Positions 8,966 through 19,589 of a stretch of 64,000 nt of DNA are shown one piece after another. The first letter of the stretch is position 1. Each line of letters opens with the position of its first letter. The notes beneath the pieces were generated by a model. That model saw nothing but the letters and a program-made list of their open reading frames with translations. It was not told where the DNA came from and did no database searches. Origin of the DNA: an uncultured bacterium (GTDB lineage: Bacteria; Bacillota_I; Bacilli_A; RFN20; CAG-826); the NCBI GenBank assembly GCA_949299195.1, contig CASFZN010000018.1, positions 262,129 to 326,128 on the forward strand, in the 5' to 3' direction. Made by a program: the position numbers and the translations under genes.

Positions 8966-10594
8966 ATGGGAAAGGAAATGAAGTTTTTATTTGTTACAGG
9001 TGGAGTTATTTCTTCATTAGGAAAAGGAATAAGTGCCGCAAGTGTTGGAAGATTATTAAAAAGAAGAGGATTAAATATCTTCTCAATGAAACTAGATCCA
9101 TATTTAAATGTCGATCCAGGAACTATGTCCCCATATCAACATGGTGAAGTCTTTGTAACTAAAGATGGTGCTGAAACTGACTTAGATTTAGGGCACTATG
9201 AAAGATTAATTAATACCTCATTAACTAAAGAATCTTCGATTACATCTGGTAAAATTTATTCTTCTGTCATCGAAAGAGAAAGAAAAGGAGAATATTTAGG
9301 AGCCACTATTCAAATCATTCCTCATATTACTAACGAAATTATTAAAAGAATTAAAGATGGATTTAATGCCAAAGGCGATACTGATATCTGTATTGTTGAA
9401 ATTGGAGGAACAGTTGGAGATATTGAATCTCAACCATTTTTAGAAGCAATTAGACAAATTAGACGTGAATTAGGATGGAAAAACACCTTCTTTTTGCATA
9501 CAACTTTAGTTCCATATTTAAAAACAACATTAGAAATTAAAACCAAACCAACTCAACATAGCGTAAAAGAATTGTTAGGACTTGGTATTCAACCAGACGC
9601 CCTCCTTTTAAGATGTGAAGTTGATATCGATAAAAATAGTAAAGAAAAAGTCGCGCTTTTCTGTAATTTACCAAAAAATGCAATTATTTCAGTTAAAGAT
9701 GCACCAGTTATTTATCAAGTTGCTTTAAATCTAAAAAAACAAAAGCTTGATGATTTAATTTTAGAACACTTTGGTTATTCTAACTTACCAGAAGCGAATA
9801 TGAGCGATTGGGAAGATTTAATCGTAAGAATTAAAAACTTAAAAGAATCGATAACCATCGGACTTGTTGGTAAATATGTTGAACTTCATGACGCCTATAT
9901 TTCAGTTGTTGAATCCTTAAAATATGCAGGTTATAAAGTTAATAAAAAAGTAAATATTAAGTGGATTAATAGTGAATTTTTAAATGAAGAAAACTATTTA
10001 ACTGAACTTGAAGGCTGTAAAGGAATTGTAGTTCCTGGAGGATTTGGAAACCGTGGAATTGATGGCAAAATGATCGCTATTAAATATGCTAGAGAAAATA
10101 AAATCCCGCTATTAGGTTTATGTTTAGGAATGCAATTATCTTTAATTGAAATTGCTAGAGACGTTTTAAATAAAAGTGACGCTAATTCAACCGAATTTGA
10201 AAAAGATACTTCTTATAAAGTATTTGATTATCTCCCAGATCAATATGAAGGAATAAATATGGGAGGAACTATGAGACTAGGAGAATATGAATGTCAAATT
10301 AAAGAGGGCACATTAGCACATTCTTTATATAATAAGGATATAGTCTTAGAAAGACATAGACATAGATATGAATTTAATAATGAATTAAAGGTTGATTTTG
10401 AAAAAGTAGGAGTGGTTTTTTCAGGAATTAATCCTCAAACTGGTCTTTGTGAACTTATAGAAATTAAAGATCATCCATATTTTATTGCATGTCAGTTCCA
10501 TCCAGAATTCTTATCTCGTCCACTTCAACCACATCCTTTATTTTTAGGATTAATAAAAGCTTCGATAAATTATGAACAAGAATTACAAAAATAA
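8966..10594 (+). CDS. pyrG: CTP synthase
   Basis: N-terminal synthetase domain (KFLFVTGGVISSLGKG) and C-terminal glutamine amidotransferase (GLCLGMQL, HPEF). 542 aa. Confidence 0.95.
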   Translation: MGKEMKFLFVTGGVISSLGKGISAASVGRLLKRRGLNIFSMKLDPYLNVDPGTMSPYQHGEVFVTKDGAETDLDLGHYERLINTSLTKESSITSGKIYSSVIERERKGEYLGATIQIIPHITNEIIKRIKDGFNAKGDTDICIVEIGGTVGDIESQPFLEAIRQIRRELGWKNTFFLHTTLVPYLKTTLEIKTKPTQHSVKELLGLGIQPDALLLRCEVDIDKNSKEKVALFCNLPKNAIISVKDAPVIYQVALNLKKQKLDDLILEHFGYSNLPEANMSDWEDLIVRIKNLKESITIGLVGKYVELHDAYISVVESLKYAGYKVNKKVNIKWINSEFLNEENYLTELEGCKGIVVPGGFGNRGIDGKMIAIKYARENKIPLLGLCLGMQLSLIEIARDVLNKSDANSTEFEKDTSYKVFDYLPDQYEGINMGGTMRLGEYECQIKEGTLAHSLYNKDIVLERHRHRYEFNNELKVDFEKVGVVFSGINPQTGLCELIEIKDHPYFIACQFHPEFLSRPLQPHPLFLGLIKASINYEQELQK

Positions 10595-11501
10595 CTTAAA
10601 AACTAGAAATATTAAAGTAGAAAAGAAAAAGATAGATTTTAAAGAATATAAGGTAAAAGAAAATAAAGAATTATTATTATATTTAAACGAAAATCTAGGT
10701 TTTTCTCGTAATAATGCTAAGAGTCTATTATCAAATCACTTAGTAGCAATTGATGGAGCACCAGTTTCTCAATTCAATTTTATGTTGTCTAGTGGAGACT
10801 CTTTAATTATTTCAAAAAGACCAATTAAACGTAAAAAACGTGACAATCTTCCTATTATTTATGAAGATGATGAATTGATTGTCATTAATAAACCTGCAGG
10901 ATTATTGTCTATTGCAACTGATAAAGAAAAATCTTCCACCGCTTATAGAATGGTAATGGAATATGTTCAAGAAAAAGATCGTAAGAATCGTATCTTTGTC
11001 GTTCACAGATTAGACAAAGAAACTAGTGGAGTATTAATGTTTGTTAAAAATGAAAAAATTAAAACTTTACTCCAAGATTCTTGGAATGAAATTGTTTCAA
11101 AGCGAGGGTATTACGCCGTTTGTGAAGGCATATTCAATAAAAAAGAAGATCGAATTATCAATTATATTAAGAAAAATGCTGTGGATTTAATGGTTTTAAC
11201 CTCAAAAGCTAATAAAAAAGCTTATAAATGTATCACAAACTATAAAGTTATCGATGAAAATAAAAAATATTCCTTATTAGATATCAATTTAGAAACTGGA
11301 AGAAAAAATCAAATTAGAGTTACAATGGGAAGTTTAGGACATTATGTTTTAGGAGATGATAAATATGGAGAGCCGGAAAACCCAATTAATAGGCTTTGTT
11401 TACATGCTTATGAACTTTCATTTATTCATCCAATTTCAAAGAAAAAGTTAGATTTTAAGGCAGAAATGCCAAAAGAGTTTAGTCAATTAATAAAAAAGTA
11501 G
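10572..11501 (+). CDS. RluA-family 23S rRNA pseudouridine synthase (RluD-like, S4 domain + catalytic domain)
   Basis: HRLDKETSGVLMF catalytic Asp motif with an S4-like N-terminus. It overlaps the pyrG end by 23 nt. Confidence 0.8.
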   Translation: MNKNYKNNLKTRNIKVEKKKIDFKEYKVKENKELLLYLNENLGFSRNNAKSLLSNHLVAIDGAPVSQFNFMLSSGDSLIISKRPIKRKKRDNLPIIYEDDELIVINKPAGLLSIATDKEKSSTAYRMVMEYVQEKDRKNRIFVVHRLDKETSGVLMFVKNEKIKTLLQDSWNEIVSKRGYYAVCEGIFNKKEDRIINYIKKNAVDLMVLTSKANKKAYKCITNYKVIDENKKYSLLDINLETGRKNQIRVTMGSLGHYVLGDDKYGEPENPINRLCLHAYELSFIHPISKKKLDFKAEMPKEFSQLIKK

Positions 11502-11547
11502 AAAATTTGTGTTTCTTTAAAATGTAAAAAACCTTTATAATTTTTTT

Positions 11548-13107
11548 ATGAAAGCCGAAAGAAAAGCTGTTTTTAAACTAATTTTAAAAGAGTCCCTAAA
11601 AGGTTTTTGGGAAGCTTTTATAAGTGTTCTTCCAATTGTTATCATTGTTTCGATTTTCTTTGCTATTCAGTATGGACTTTTAAGTTCTAATCAAATTAGC
11701 ACGGAAATTATCAGTGTTAACGCTTATATAACTTTCTTAATTTGTTCTTTATTTCTATGTATAGGAATGAATATTTTTACTCACGGCTCAGATATGTCGA
11801 TGAGTAAGATTGGTAAATATATTGGTGAAGATTTAACTAAGAAAAAATCGATAATTTTGTTAGTTATTTTCATTATTTTATTAGGAACGATTATTACGAT
11901 TGCGGAGCCTGATTTAGCTGTGCTTTCTGAATATATCCCTAAAGAGACTTTAAATCCATGGATTTTTAGACTTCTTATAGGAGTAGGAGTTGGGGTATTT
12001 TTTGCAATTGGAATTTATAGAATCATTGCGAATAAATCCATTAAATATTGGGTATCTTTATTTTATGGAATAATCTTTATGGTGGCTTCACTTTTTGGCG
12101 ATGATAATCAAGCCTTCTTAGAATTATCTTTTGATAGTGGTGGAGTTACAACCGGGCCAATTACTATCCCATTCTTACTTGCCTTTGGCATTGGTATTGC
12201 GGGAGCAAAAGGTGGTAATAAGGCTAGCGAAAACTCTTTCGGTTTATCAGGAATTTGTTCGATTGGACCTGTAATCGTTGTTATGTTTATTGGGCTTTTT
12301 GTAGGAAGTGAAAATCTTAATCCTGCAACAAGCGAAACTATGGAATTAGGCGAAGCTTTTGTAAGTAGTTTAAGTGAAGTAGGAATCGCAATTTTACCTA
12401 TTTTAGCTTTATTTTTAATTTATAATTTTGTTTTCTTAAAATTACATAAAGAAGAATTTTTAAGAATTATAATTGGCTTAGTTTATACCTATTTAGGTTT
12501 AGTTATATTCTTAACTGCTGCAAATTATGGATTTATTTCAATCGCTAGAAATATCGGTAAAGGATTTGGAGAATCCCATATTTTAATTCTAATTATGTCC
12601 TTCTTTATCGGTGCAAGTAGTGTTTTAGCCGATCCTTCGGTTTCAATTTTAGTCCATCAAGTCGAAGATATATCGAATGGAATTATTAAAAAAAGAACAA
12701 TGTTATCATCTCTTGCTATTGGTGTTGGTTTAACTCTTGTAATTGCGGTTACTCGTGCAATTTATTTCCCAGAATTACCAGTTTTATATATTTTAGCTCC
12801 TGGATATGCGGTTGCTTTAATACTTACTATTTTTAGTGAAGATTTATATGTTGCATTAGCTTTTGATAGTGGTGGAGTTGCTGCAGGAACAATGGCAAGC
12901 TGTTTTGTTTTACCATTTATGTTTGGATTATCTTCAATTACCGATGTAGGAACAAGTGGATTTGGAGTCATTGGAATGTTAGGAATGATGCCTATTATAA
13001 CTGTTCAACTTGTTGGGGTATTATCGAATCTTAAACATGTTATGGCATTACGAAAAACTCGTCAAAAACTCAAAGACGAATACGATATGCAAGTTATTAG
13101 GTTTTAA
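11548..13107 (+). CDS. Polytopic membrane protein, probably DUF1538 family (duplicated ~250-aa modules)
   Basis: 519 aa and very hydrophobic. The two halves share the motifs AFDSGGV(A/T)TGP and ITIPF / VLPF. Two small PII-like genes follow directly. Confidence 0.5.
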   Translation: MKAERKAVFKLILKESLKGFWEAFISVLPIVIIVSIFFAIQYGLLSSNQISTEIISVNAYITFLICSLFLCIGMNIFTHGSDMSMSKIGKYIGEDLTKKKSIILLVIFIILLGTIITIAEPDLAVLSEYIPKETLNPWIFRLLIGVGVGVFFAIGIYRIIANKSIKYWVSLFYGIIFMVASLFGDDNQAFLELSFDSGGVTTGPITIPFLLAFGIGIAGAKGGNKASENSFGLSGICSIGPVIVVMFIGLFVGSENLNPATSETMELGEAFVSSLSEVGIAILPILALFLIYNFVFLKLHKEEFLRIIIGLVYTYLGLVIFLTAANYGFISIARNIGKGFGESHILILIMSFFIGASSVLADPSVSILVHQVEDISNGIIKKRTMLSSLAIGVGLTLVIAVTRAIYFPELPVLYILAPGYAVALILTIFSEDLYVALAFDSGGVAAGTMASCFVLPFMFGLSSITDVGTSGFGVIGMLGMMPIITVQLVGVLSNLKHVMALRKTRQKLKDEYDMQVIRF

Positions 13108-13112
13108 TTTTT

Positions 13113-13562
13113 ATGACAGAAAAAGAGAAGAAAGTTATAAGGAAAATCTTTAAAAAAGAAAGAAAAGTAGATAACAACACAAGTAATTACACCTCTAAAT
13201 ATGAGGTTGAAAAATTATTTGTATCTTTTGTTATTGTCACTCGTTATCAAGGATCTTATTTTGTAGATAAATTTATAGATTTAGGGGTTTCTTCGTCTTT
13301 TATTGTCTTTGGAAAAGGCACTGCACCTAGTGAAATGATTTATGCTCTTGGTCTTCCAGAATCTAAAAAAGATGTAGTAATCACAATATTTAAAGAATCA
13401 ATGAAAGATAAAATTAATGAAATTATCGAAGAAAGGTTTGATTTTAGTGCCTCAGCTAAAGGAGTCTCGTTTATTATTCCGCTTGATTCGGTTATGGGAT
13501 TATTAAGTTATAGATTTATGTCAGATACCAAGATTAATAGGAGGAAAGAAAATGGAAAATAA
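13113..13562 (+). CDS. PII (GlnB)-like small signalling protein, divergent
   Basis: 149 aa. The C-terminal two thirds resemble the PII fold (VTRYQGSYF...GVSFIIPL). It lies 5 nt after the DUF1538 gene and overlaps the next PII-like gene. Confidence 0.4.
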   Translation: MTEKEKKVIRKIFKKERKVDNNTSNYTSKYEVEKLFVSFVIVTRYQGSYFVDKFIDLGVSSSFIVFGKGTAPSEMIYALGLPESKKDVVITIFKESMKDKINEIIEERFDFSASAKGVSFIIPLDSVMGLLSYRFMSDTKINRRKENGK

Positions 13563-13872
13563 TAATAATGAAAATAAATTAATTATTACTATTATAAATA
13601 AAGGTTATAGTGATGTTGTTATGGAAGCTGCTAGAAGAGCCGGAGCAACAGGAGGAACTGTTATTAAAGCTAGAGGAACGGGTAATAAAGAATTAGAAAG
13701 TTTTTATGGAATCGTTATTCATCCTGATAAGGAGATGGTTTTAATAGTAGTAAATGAAGATATTAAAGATAAAACCATGGAAGAAATATATAAAGATTGT
13801 GGCTTAGAGACAAAATCTCAAGGAATTATATTTTCTTTACCTATTGATGATGTAAAAGGGATTAGCATCTAA
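13552..13872 (+). CDS. PII (GlnB)-like nitrogen-regulatory family protein
   Basis: 106 aa. IITIINKGYSDVVMEAARRAGATGGTVIKARGTG is a typical PII/DUF190-type beta-alpha-beta core. Confidence 0.55.
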   Translation: MENNNNENKLIITIINKGYSDVVMEAARRAGATGGTVIKARGTGNKELESFYGIVIHPDKEMVLIVVNEDIKDKTMEEIYKDCGLETKSQGIIFSLPIDDVKGISI

Positions 13873-14730
13873 CTAATCCCTTTTTTCATCTAATAATATT
13901 TCTTTAATTTTATTCTTTTTTATTTCAAAAATTATTGATAATGCAGTAATTGCATCTTTATTGTTTATTCCATTTTTAATTAATTCATTATATTTAAAAA
14001 TAATTGAATTAATATCGATAGAATCGTCAGTTTTAATTATTTTATTGCCTTCTAAAACTAGTACTAACTCTCCTTTATATTCTTTATGATTTTCACTAGC
14101 TTCTTTTAAAGAGGTATAGATAAATTCTTCATGAAGCTTAGTTAATTCTCTAACAATTGTGAGTTTTCTATTGCCTACTATTTTATATAAATTATCGACA
14201 GTTTCATTGACTCTATGAGGAGCTTCATAAAGGATAATGGTATAAGGTAGATTCATGATTGAATAAATTTCTTTTTCTCTATCGCTTTTATTTGAAGAAA
14301 AGAAACCATAAAAGATAAAGTGATCTGTATCCATTCCGGAAGCCACAAGGCTAGATAAAGAGGCACTTGGACCACTTAAAGGTACAATTTTTATATCTTC
14401 TTTAATAATCTCTTTAACTAAAATTGAACCAGGATCAGAGATTCCTGGATAACCGGCATCACTTACATAAGCAACATCATTTCCTTCTTTAAGTAGGTTG
14501 ATTACCTTACTAGAAACTTCTTTTTCATTAAATTTATGGCAAGAAAATAACTGTTTTTTATTATTAATTCCCATTAAACCAAGTAATTTATTGGTATTTC
14601 TAGTGTCTTCACAAAAAATATATGAAACCATGTTTAAAGTTTCATAGATTCGGGGACTAACTTCTTTAATATTCCCGATTGGGGTAGGAACTAAATAGAA
14701 AGTTCCATATTTATTTTGAACGTTGTTCAT
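13873..14730 (-). CDS. rsmI: 16S rRNA (cytidine1402-2'-O)-methyltransferase
   Basis: TFYLVPTPIGNIKEVSPRIYETL...CEDTR is the tetrapyrrole-methylase-type RsmI N-terminus. Synteny with yaaT as in Bacillus. Confidence 0.9.
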   Translation of the reverse strand: MNNVQNKYGTFYLVPTPIGNIKEVSPRIYETLNMVSYIFCEDTRNTNKLLGLMGINNKKQLFSCHKFNEKEVSSKVINLLKEGNDVAYVSDAGYPGISDPGSILVKEIIKEDIKIVPLSGPSASLSSLVASGMDTDHFIFYGFFSSNKSDREKEIYSIMNLPYTIILYEAPHRVNETVDNLYKIVGNRKLTIVRELTKLHEEFIYTSLKEASENHKEYKGELVLVLEGNKIIKTDDSIDINSIIFKYNELIKNGINNKDAITALSIIFEIKKNKIKEILLDEKRD

Positions 14731-15532
14731 GCTTTTTTAAGAGTTTATTTATTTCATCTAAAGATAAGAATGTAATATCGTCTTCTGCATCAATTCTAAC
14801 CATTTTGGTTAAAATATTATAGGAATTAATTTTATATTCTTTTTTATCGATTGTTAATTTTGTTCCGATTGGTGGATATTTTTTTCTTTCTTCGGTGTAA
14901 TAATCGTCTTCATAATTTAAGCAACACATAAGTTTATTACATTGACCAGAAAGCTTAGGAATATTGATTGAAAGCATTTGGTTTTTAGCTCTATTTAAAG
15001 ATACGCCTTCAATATTTTTTAAGAATCTAGTGCAACATAATTGTTGACCGCAAGGGCCGATTCCACCGATGAGTTGGGCTTTTTCTCTAGGATTGATTTG
15101 TTTTAATTCAATTCTACATTTTAATTCGGTAGCAAGTTCTTTTAAAAGTTCTCTAAAATCGACTCTTTCATCACTAACATATGTGAATAAAACTTTAGTC
15201 CGATCTAAAGTGTATTGAGTCGAGATTAAGTTCATGTTTAATTTATGTAAAGCAACTTTTTCGGTAAAGATTTTTGATGCTTTTTCATTTAAATCTTCAC
15301 TAATATTGAACATTTTAATATCTTCATTGTTAGCTTTTCTTAAAATTGGCTTAAGTTCTAATTCAAATTTAAGATTTTTTCTAGGTTCTGGTTTTCCAAC
15401 TACAATAGCTAACTCTTTGCCGACAACTGTTTCGACAACAACAAAATCGCCATCAACTAATGTGGCATCTTCTGTTGAAAAATAATATAACTTATTTGCT
15501 TTAGCAAATTTTAACTTAACGAATAAATCCAT
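14711..15532 (-). CDS. ricT: PSP1-domain protein YaaT/RicT (stage 0 sporulation / RNase Y regulator family)
   Basis: PSP1 C-terminal domain with a Cys cluster (CGQQLCCTRF...CNKLMCCLNYE). Gene order tmk-holB ... yaaT-rsmI. Confidence 0.8.
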   Translation of the reverse strand: MDLFVKLKFAKANKLYYFSTEDATLVDGDFVVVETVVGKELAIVVGKPEPRKNLKFELELKPILRKANNEDIKMFNISEDLNEKASKIFTEKVALHKLNMNLISTQYTLDRTKVLFTYVSDERVDFRELLKELATELKCRIELKQINPREKAQLIGGIGPCGQQLCCTRFLKNIEGVSLNRAKNQMLSINIPKLSGQCNKLMCCLNYEDDYYTEERKKYPPIGTKLTIDKKEYKINSYNILTKMVRIDAEDDITFLSLDEINKLLKKHEQRSK

Positions 15533-15615
15533 ATATATATTAAAAAGTGATTAATAACGAATAAAAATCATTAATAATCTTAATATTTTAGTTCCCAAAA
15601 TTCAATAATAAAGTC

Positions 15616-15641
15616 AAAAAGTTTCCACGTGGAAACTTTTT
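15616..15641. repeat. Dispersed palindrome copy 3, the full 26-bp perfect palindrome AAAAAGTTTCCACGTGGAAACTTTTT, in the yaaT/glyA divergent region
   Basis: Exact. Confidence 0.9.
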
Positions 15642-15735
15642 ATATATTATTTGTGCTTTCTTTAAAGCTTACTGCTAGATTATACATTTTTTAATTGAGA
15701 ATATAAGTAAAAGGCGATATTTATCGTTTAAATAA

Positions 15736-15751
15736 GTTTCCACGTGGAAAC
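15736..15751. repeat. Dispersed palindrome copy 4 (AAGTTTCCACGTGGAAACTTT), 115 bp from copy 3 and ~90 bp upstream of glyA
   Basis: Exact 16-mer core. Confidence 0.9.
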
Positions 15752-15840
15752 TTTAATTACATGAAAGTTAAATATTTTGATTATTTATATTGTAGTTTGT
15801 ATAATTTCTATTAGAAATTATTTTGAAAAGGGGATATAAA

Positions 15841-17082
15841 ATGAGCTGTTTAGAGTGCAACGATAAAGAAATTTTTGATTTAATTAAAAAAGAAAAGAAA
15901 AGACAAAAAGAAAATATTGAACTTATTGCATCAGAAAACTTTGTTTCTCCTGAAGTTTTAGAAGTTCAAGGAAGTATTTTAACTAATAAATATGCTGAAG
16001 GTTATCCAACAAAAAGATATTATGGTGGTTGTGAAAACATTGATGGTATCGAATCATTAGCGATTGAAAGACTTAAAAAATTATTTAATTGTAAGTACGC
16101 AAACGTCCAACCTCATTCTGGATCTTCAGCTAATATGGCAGCTATCAGAGCCTTAATTAATCATGGTGATAAAATTTTAGGCATGGCTTTAGACGCAGGC
16201 GGACATTTAACTCACGGTTATCGTCTTTCCTTCTCCGGTCAAGATTATGAATCTTATGTATATGGAGTTAATCCAGAAACCGGAAGAATAGATTATGAGG
16301 ACGTTTTAAGAATAGCAAAAGAAGTTAAACCTCAACTTATTATTTGCGGAGCAAGTTCATATTCAAGAGAAATAGATTTTAAGAAATTTAGAGAAATTGC
16401 AAATGAAGTTGGCGCATATTTAATGGCTGATATTGCCCATATTGCAGGGTTAGTTGCTAGTGGAGACCACAATTCACCTGTTGGTTATGCCGATGTTATA
16501 ACTTCAACCACTCATAAAACTTTAAGAGGTCCTAGAGGCGGTATCATTATGACAAATGATGAAGAAATCGCTAAAAAAGTCGATAAGGTTTTATTCCCTG
16601 GTATTCAAGGTGGACCACTAGAGCATGTAATTGGGGCTAAAGCTGTTGCTTTTAAGGAAGATTTACAACCTGAATACAAAGAATATATTCATCAAGTTGT
16701 TAAAAACGCAAAAAGAATGGCTGAGGAATTCGTTAATTTAGGTTATAGAGTTATTAGTGGTGGAACTGATAATCATATGTTGGTAATCGATGTTAAATCG
16801 ACTACCGGATTAACAGGAAAAGCCGTCGAAGATTTATTAGGTTCGATAAATATCACGGTTAATAAGAATTCAATTCCAAACGATACTGAAAAACCTATGT
16901 TATCAAGCGGAATTCGTATTGGAACTCCAGCAATGACAACTCGTGGATATAAAGAAGAAGATTTTGTTCGTGTTGTTCATTTTATAGATAAAGCTATTAA
17001 AAATCGTAATAATATCGAAGTTTTAAAAAAGATTAAAGAAGAAGTTATCTTATTAAATAAAGAAGTAGATGAAAGAAAATAA
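15841..17082 (+). CDS. glyA: Serine hydroxymethyltransferase
   Basis: PLP motif [13 protein letters not shown]. The ORF track begins at TTG 15823; the ATG at 15841, preceded by RBS AAAAGGGGA, is the more likely start ([18 protein letters not shown]...). Confidence 0.93.
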   Translation: MSCLECNDKEIFDLIKKEKKRQKENIELIASENFVSPEVLEVQGSILTNKYAEGYPTKRYYGGCENIDGIESLAIERLKKLFNCKYANVQPHSGSSANMAAIRALINHGDKILGMALDAGGHLTHGYRLSFSGQDYESYVYGVNPETGRIDYEDVLRIAKEVKPQLIICGASSYSREIDFKKFREIANEVGAYLMADIAHIAGLVASGDHNSPVGYADVITSTTHKTLRGPRGGIIMTNDEEIAKKVDKVLFPGIQGGPLEHVIGAKAVAFKEDLQPEYKEYIHQVVKNAKRMAEEFVNLGYRVISGGTDNHMLVIDVKSTTGLTGKAVEDLLGSINITVNKNSIPNDTEKPMLSSGIRIGTPAMTTRGYKEEDFVRVVHFIDKAIKNRNNIEVLKKIKEEVILLNKEVDERK

Positions 17083-17581
17083 TATTGAAATAAAGTTAGT
17101 TAAAATTGATGAACTCGATAAAGTTTTTGATGTTTATTTAAAGGCAAGAGAGTTTATGAAGAAAAGCGGGAACCCAAATCAACGGGGAGATTTTCATCCT
17201 ACAAAAGCAGTTCTAACTGACTTTATAAATCGAAATACTTTATATAAAGGTGTTAATGAAGATGGTGAAATATGTTTCGTTTTTGCCTTTATTGTAGGAA
17301 TTGATCCAACCTATCTTTATATTGAAAACGGGAAATGGCTAAATGATGATATTTATGGAACAATTCACGCTTTAGCTTCTACCCATTTAGCAAAAGATGC
17401 TTTTGGATATATCTTTAATTTTTCGTTAAAAAAAGTCGATAACATTCGTATCGACACTCACGAAGATAATAAAATAATGTTACATATTTTAGATAAATAT
17501 AATTTTAAAAGATGCGGTATTATCTATGTTTTAGATAAATCCCCTCGAATTGCTTTCCAATACTCTAAAAATACAAATTAA
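17069..17581 (+). CDS. Putative GNAT-family N-acetyltransferase
   Basis: 170 aa, overlaps the glyA stop. Weak GNAT-like pattern; assignment tentative. Confidence 0.4.
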   Translation: MKENNIEIKLVKIDELDKVFDVYLKAREFMKKSGNPNQRGDFHPTKAVLTDFINRNTLYKGVNEDGEICFVFAFIVGIDPTYLYIENGKWLNDDIYGTIHALASTHLAKDAFGYIFNFSLKKVDNIRIDTHEDNKIMLHILDKYNFKRCGIIYVLDKSPRIAFQYSKNTN

Positions 17582-17965
17582 AAAGAGTTCAGTTTATTCT
17601 TCATTTCTCCATCTCTAACGTTTTAAGTTAATCTCGAATTGGGTTTATCCTTCAATTTTAGTTTTCTTTTATTTTGGCTTCTTTTTATCCTTTTGTCTTC
17701 TTTTTTGATGTGCCTTAACTTTTAATTACAGAATCTTTGGATTGTTTAATCTTTTTTCTTATTTCTATATTTATTAAATAGCCTTATATTATAACTTTGT
17801 TTAATAAATTATAGAAACTCTGTAATCTTGAAGGAGTTCCCCTTAACCCTGAACTCTTTTATTAACTTTATATTAAGAAAGAATGCGCAATTTGACAATA
17901 TTAATTTACATTAAAATTAATGATAATCGAATTTTTTCCGATAAAATCTTTATAAAAAATTTAAA

Positions 17966-18940
17966 TTATTTTTTTAAAATTTTTGTTAAAGAATGAATTA
18001 TAAGAAGATTCAAATTAACATTTAGTCCAATTTGAGCTTCGTCTTCTAATAAAATTTTAATAGCTTCATCTAAATCTGGAATAAATTTAATTAAAGTGTC
18101 TAAAAATCCTGTGTAGCCTTTATATAGATAATTGATTTTTAACTTTTTATTTCTAGCTTCGACTAAGAAAGATACGAATATATCATAAAAATAGTAGGCT
18201 TTATCCACATTATTTGCTTCTTTTAATAATTTGGTCTCAATAAAATATCTAGTTTCATCATAAGAGTTTAATCTTTGAATATATTCTAAAACTAGGTTCC
18301 TTGTATTAGTAATTAAAGGATTATCAACATTATTTACAATCTCTTCATAGTTATCAAAAAGATAAGACAAAATAGGAATATTTGAATCATTTCCTTTAAT
18401 TTCGTTTGCTTTTGCAATTAAAAAATCTTTATCTACTTTAGAGAATCTAATAATTTCACATCTAGAAAGGATGGTTGGTAAAATTCTGTTTTGGTTTTCA
18501 GTTGTAAAGATTGCGTAGGTATTTTTTGGAGGTTCCTCTAAAAATTTCAAAAGCATATTTGAGGCCTTTGATCCTAAATATTCAATGTTTAAAATTACAT
18601 AAATTTTAATTCCCTTTTTCTCAACGCCAGTTTTAGAGAAAAAATACTCAATTTTATCCTTGATGTCGCTTACTTTTATCTCTTTATTTTTAGCATCAAA
18701 AATTAAAAAGTCTCCATAACTTCCTTTTTCAATTTTTATGCAAGAAGGACAAGTTTCACATGCAAAAAGTTCATTATCGCAAATTAAAGATTTTGCTAAA
18801 TACTTAGCAATTATATCGAGCGACGAACCTTTGGAGCCGCTTAAAAGAGTGGCGTGAGCAAAATTATTATTTTTTAATGAGTTAAAAAATATTTGATAAA
18901 CAATAGGTTGCGAATGTTTTAAATATTCTTGAATATTCAT
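17966..18940 (-). CDS. holB: DNA polymerase III delta-prime subunit
   Basis: AAA+ clamp-loader motifs (HATLLSGSKGSS, Cys zinc module CETCPSC) and a position directly downstream of tmk. Confidence 0.8.
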   Translation of the reverse strand: MNIQEYLKHSQPIVYQIFFNSLKNNNFAHATLLSGSKGSSLDIIAKYLAKSLICDNELFACETCPSCIKIEKGSYGDFLIFDAKNKEIKVSDIKDKIEYFFSKTGVEKKGIKIYVILNIEYLGSKASNMLLKFLEEPPKNTYAIFTTENQNRILPTILSRCEIIRFSKVDKDFLIAKANEIKGNDSNIPILSYLFDNYEEIVNNVDNPLITNTRNLVLEYIQRLNSYDETRYFIETKLLKEANNVDKAYYFYDIFVSFLVEARNKKLKINYLYKGYTGFLDTLIKFIPDLDEAIKILLEDEAQIGLNVNLNLLIIHSLTKILKK

Positions 18941-19576
18941 CTAATTTTCTTCGATTTTATTAATAATAATTTCTAATGTTTCTTTTAAAACAGTATTAAT
19001 ATCTTTTGATGCGTCTACTATTTTATAGCGATCATCGTATCTTTTTGCGAGCTCTAAATAAGCGTTACGGCATTTGTGATAAAAACTAAGTTTTTCTAAG
19101 TCCAAACGATTTACTTCTCTAACTTTTGACTTATTAATTCTACCAAGTCCGTCTTCTGGTTCTAAATCAAAAAGGATTGTTAAATCCGGTAGTTTATTTT
19201 CGGTAGCAAAAAGATTGATATTTAATACGTTATCAATTCCTAATCCCTTTCCAGCTCCTTGATAAGCCAAAGAAGAATCGATATATCGATCGCAAAGAAC
19301 AATCTTTCCTTCATTTAATGCAGGTAAAATCTTTTCTACTAAGTGTTGTCTTCTTGAGGAAGCAAAAAGAAGTGCTTCGGTTCTATCATCTAAATTTGTA
19401 TTTTTTCTATCTAAAATAATAGCACGAATATCTTCGGCTATTTTGACTCCACCAGGTTCTCTAGAAAGAATTAAATCGTAACCTTTTTTATTTAATTCTT
19501 CGTAAACTAGCTTTGCGATAGTTGATTTTCCAGAACCATCTATTCCTTCAAATGTTATAAATAATGATTTTTTCAT
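18941..19576 (-). CDS. tmk: Thymidylate kinase
   Basis: P-loop FITFEGIDGSGKST, DRY motif, 211 aa. Confidence 0.9.
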   Translation of the reverse strand: MKKSLFITFEGIDGSGKSTIAKLVYEELNKKGYDLILSREPGGVKIAEDIRAIILDRKNTNLDDRTEALLFASSRRQHLVEKILPALNEGKIVLCDRYIDSSLAYQGAGKGLGIDNVLNINLFATENKLPDLTILFDLEPEDGLGRINKSKVREVNRLDLEKLSFYHKCRNAYLELAKRYDDRYKIVDASKDINTVLKETLEIIINKIEEN

Positions 19577-19589
19577 ACGTTTTAATAAT

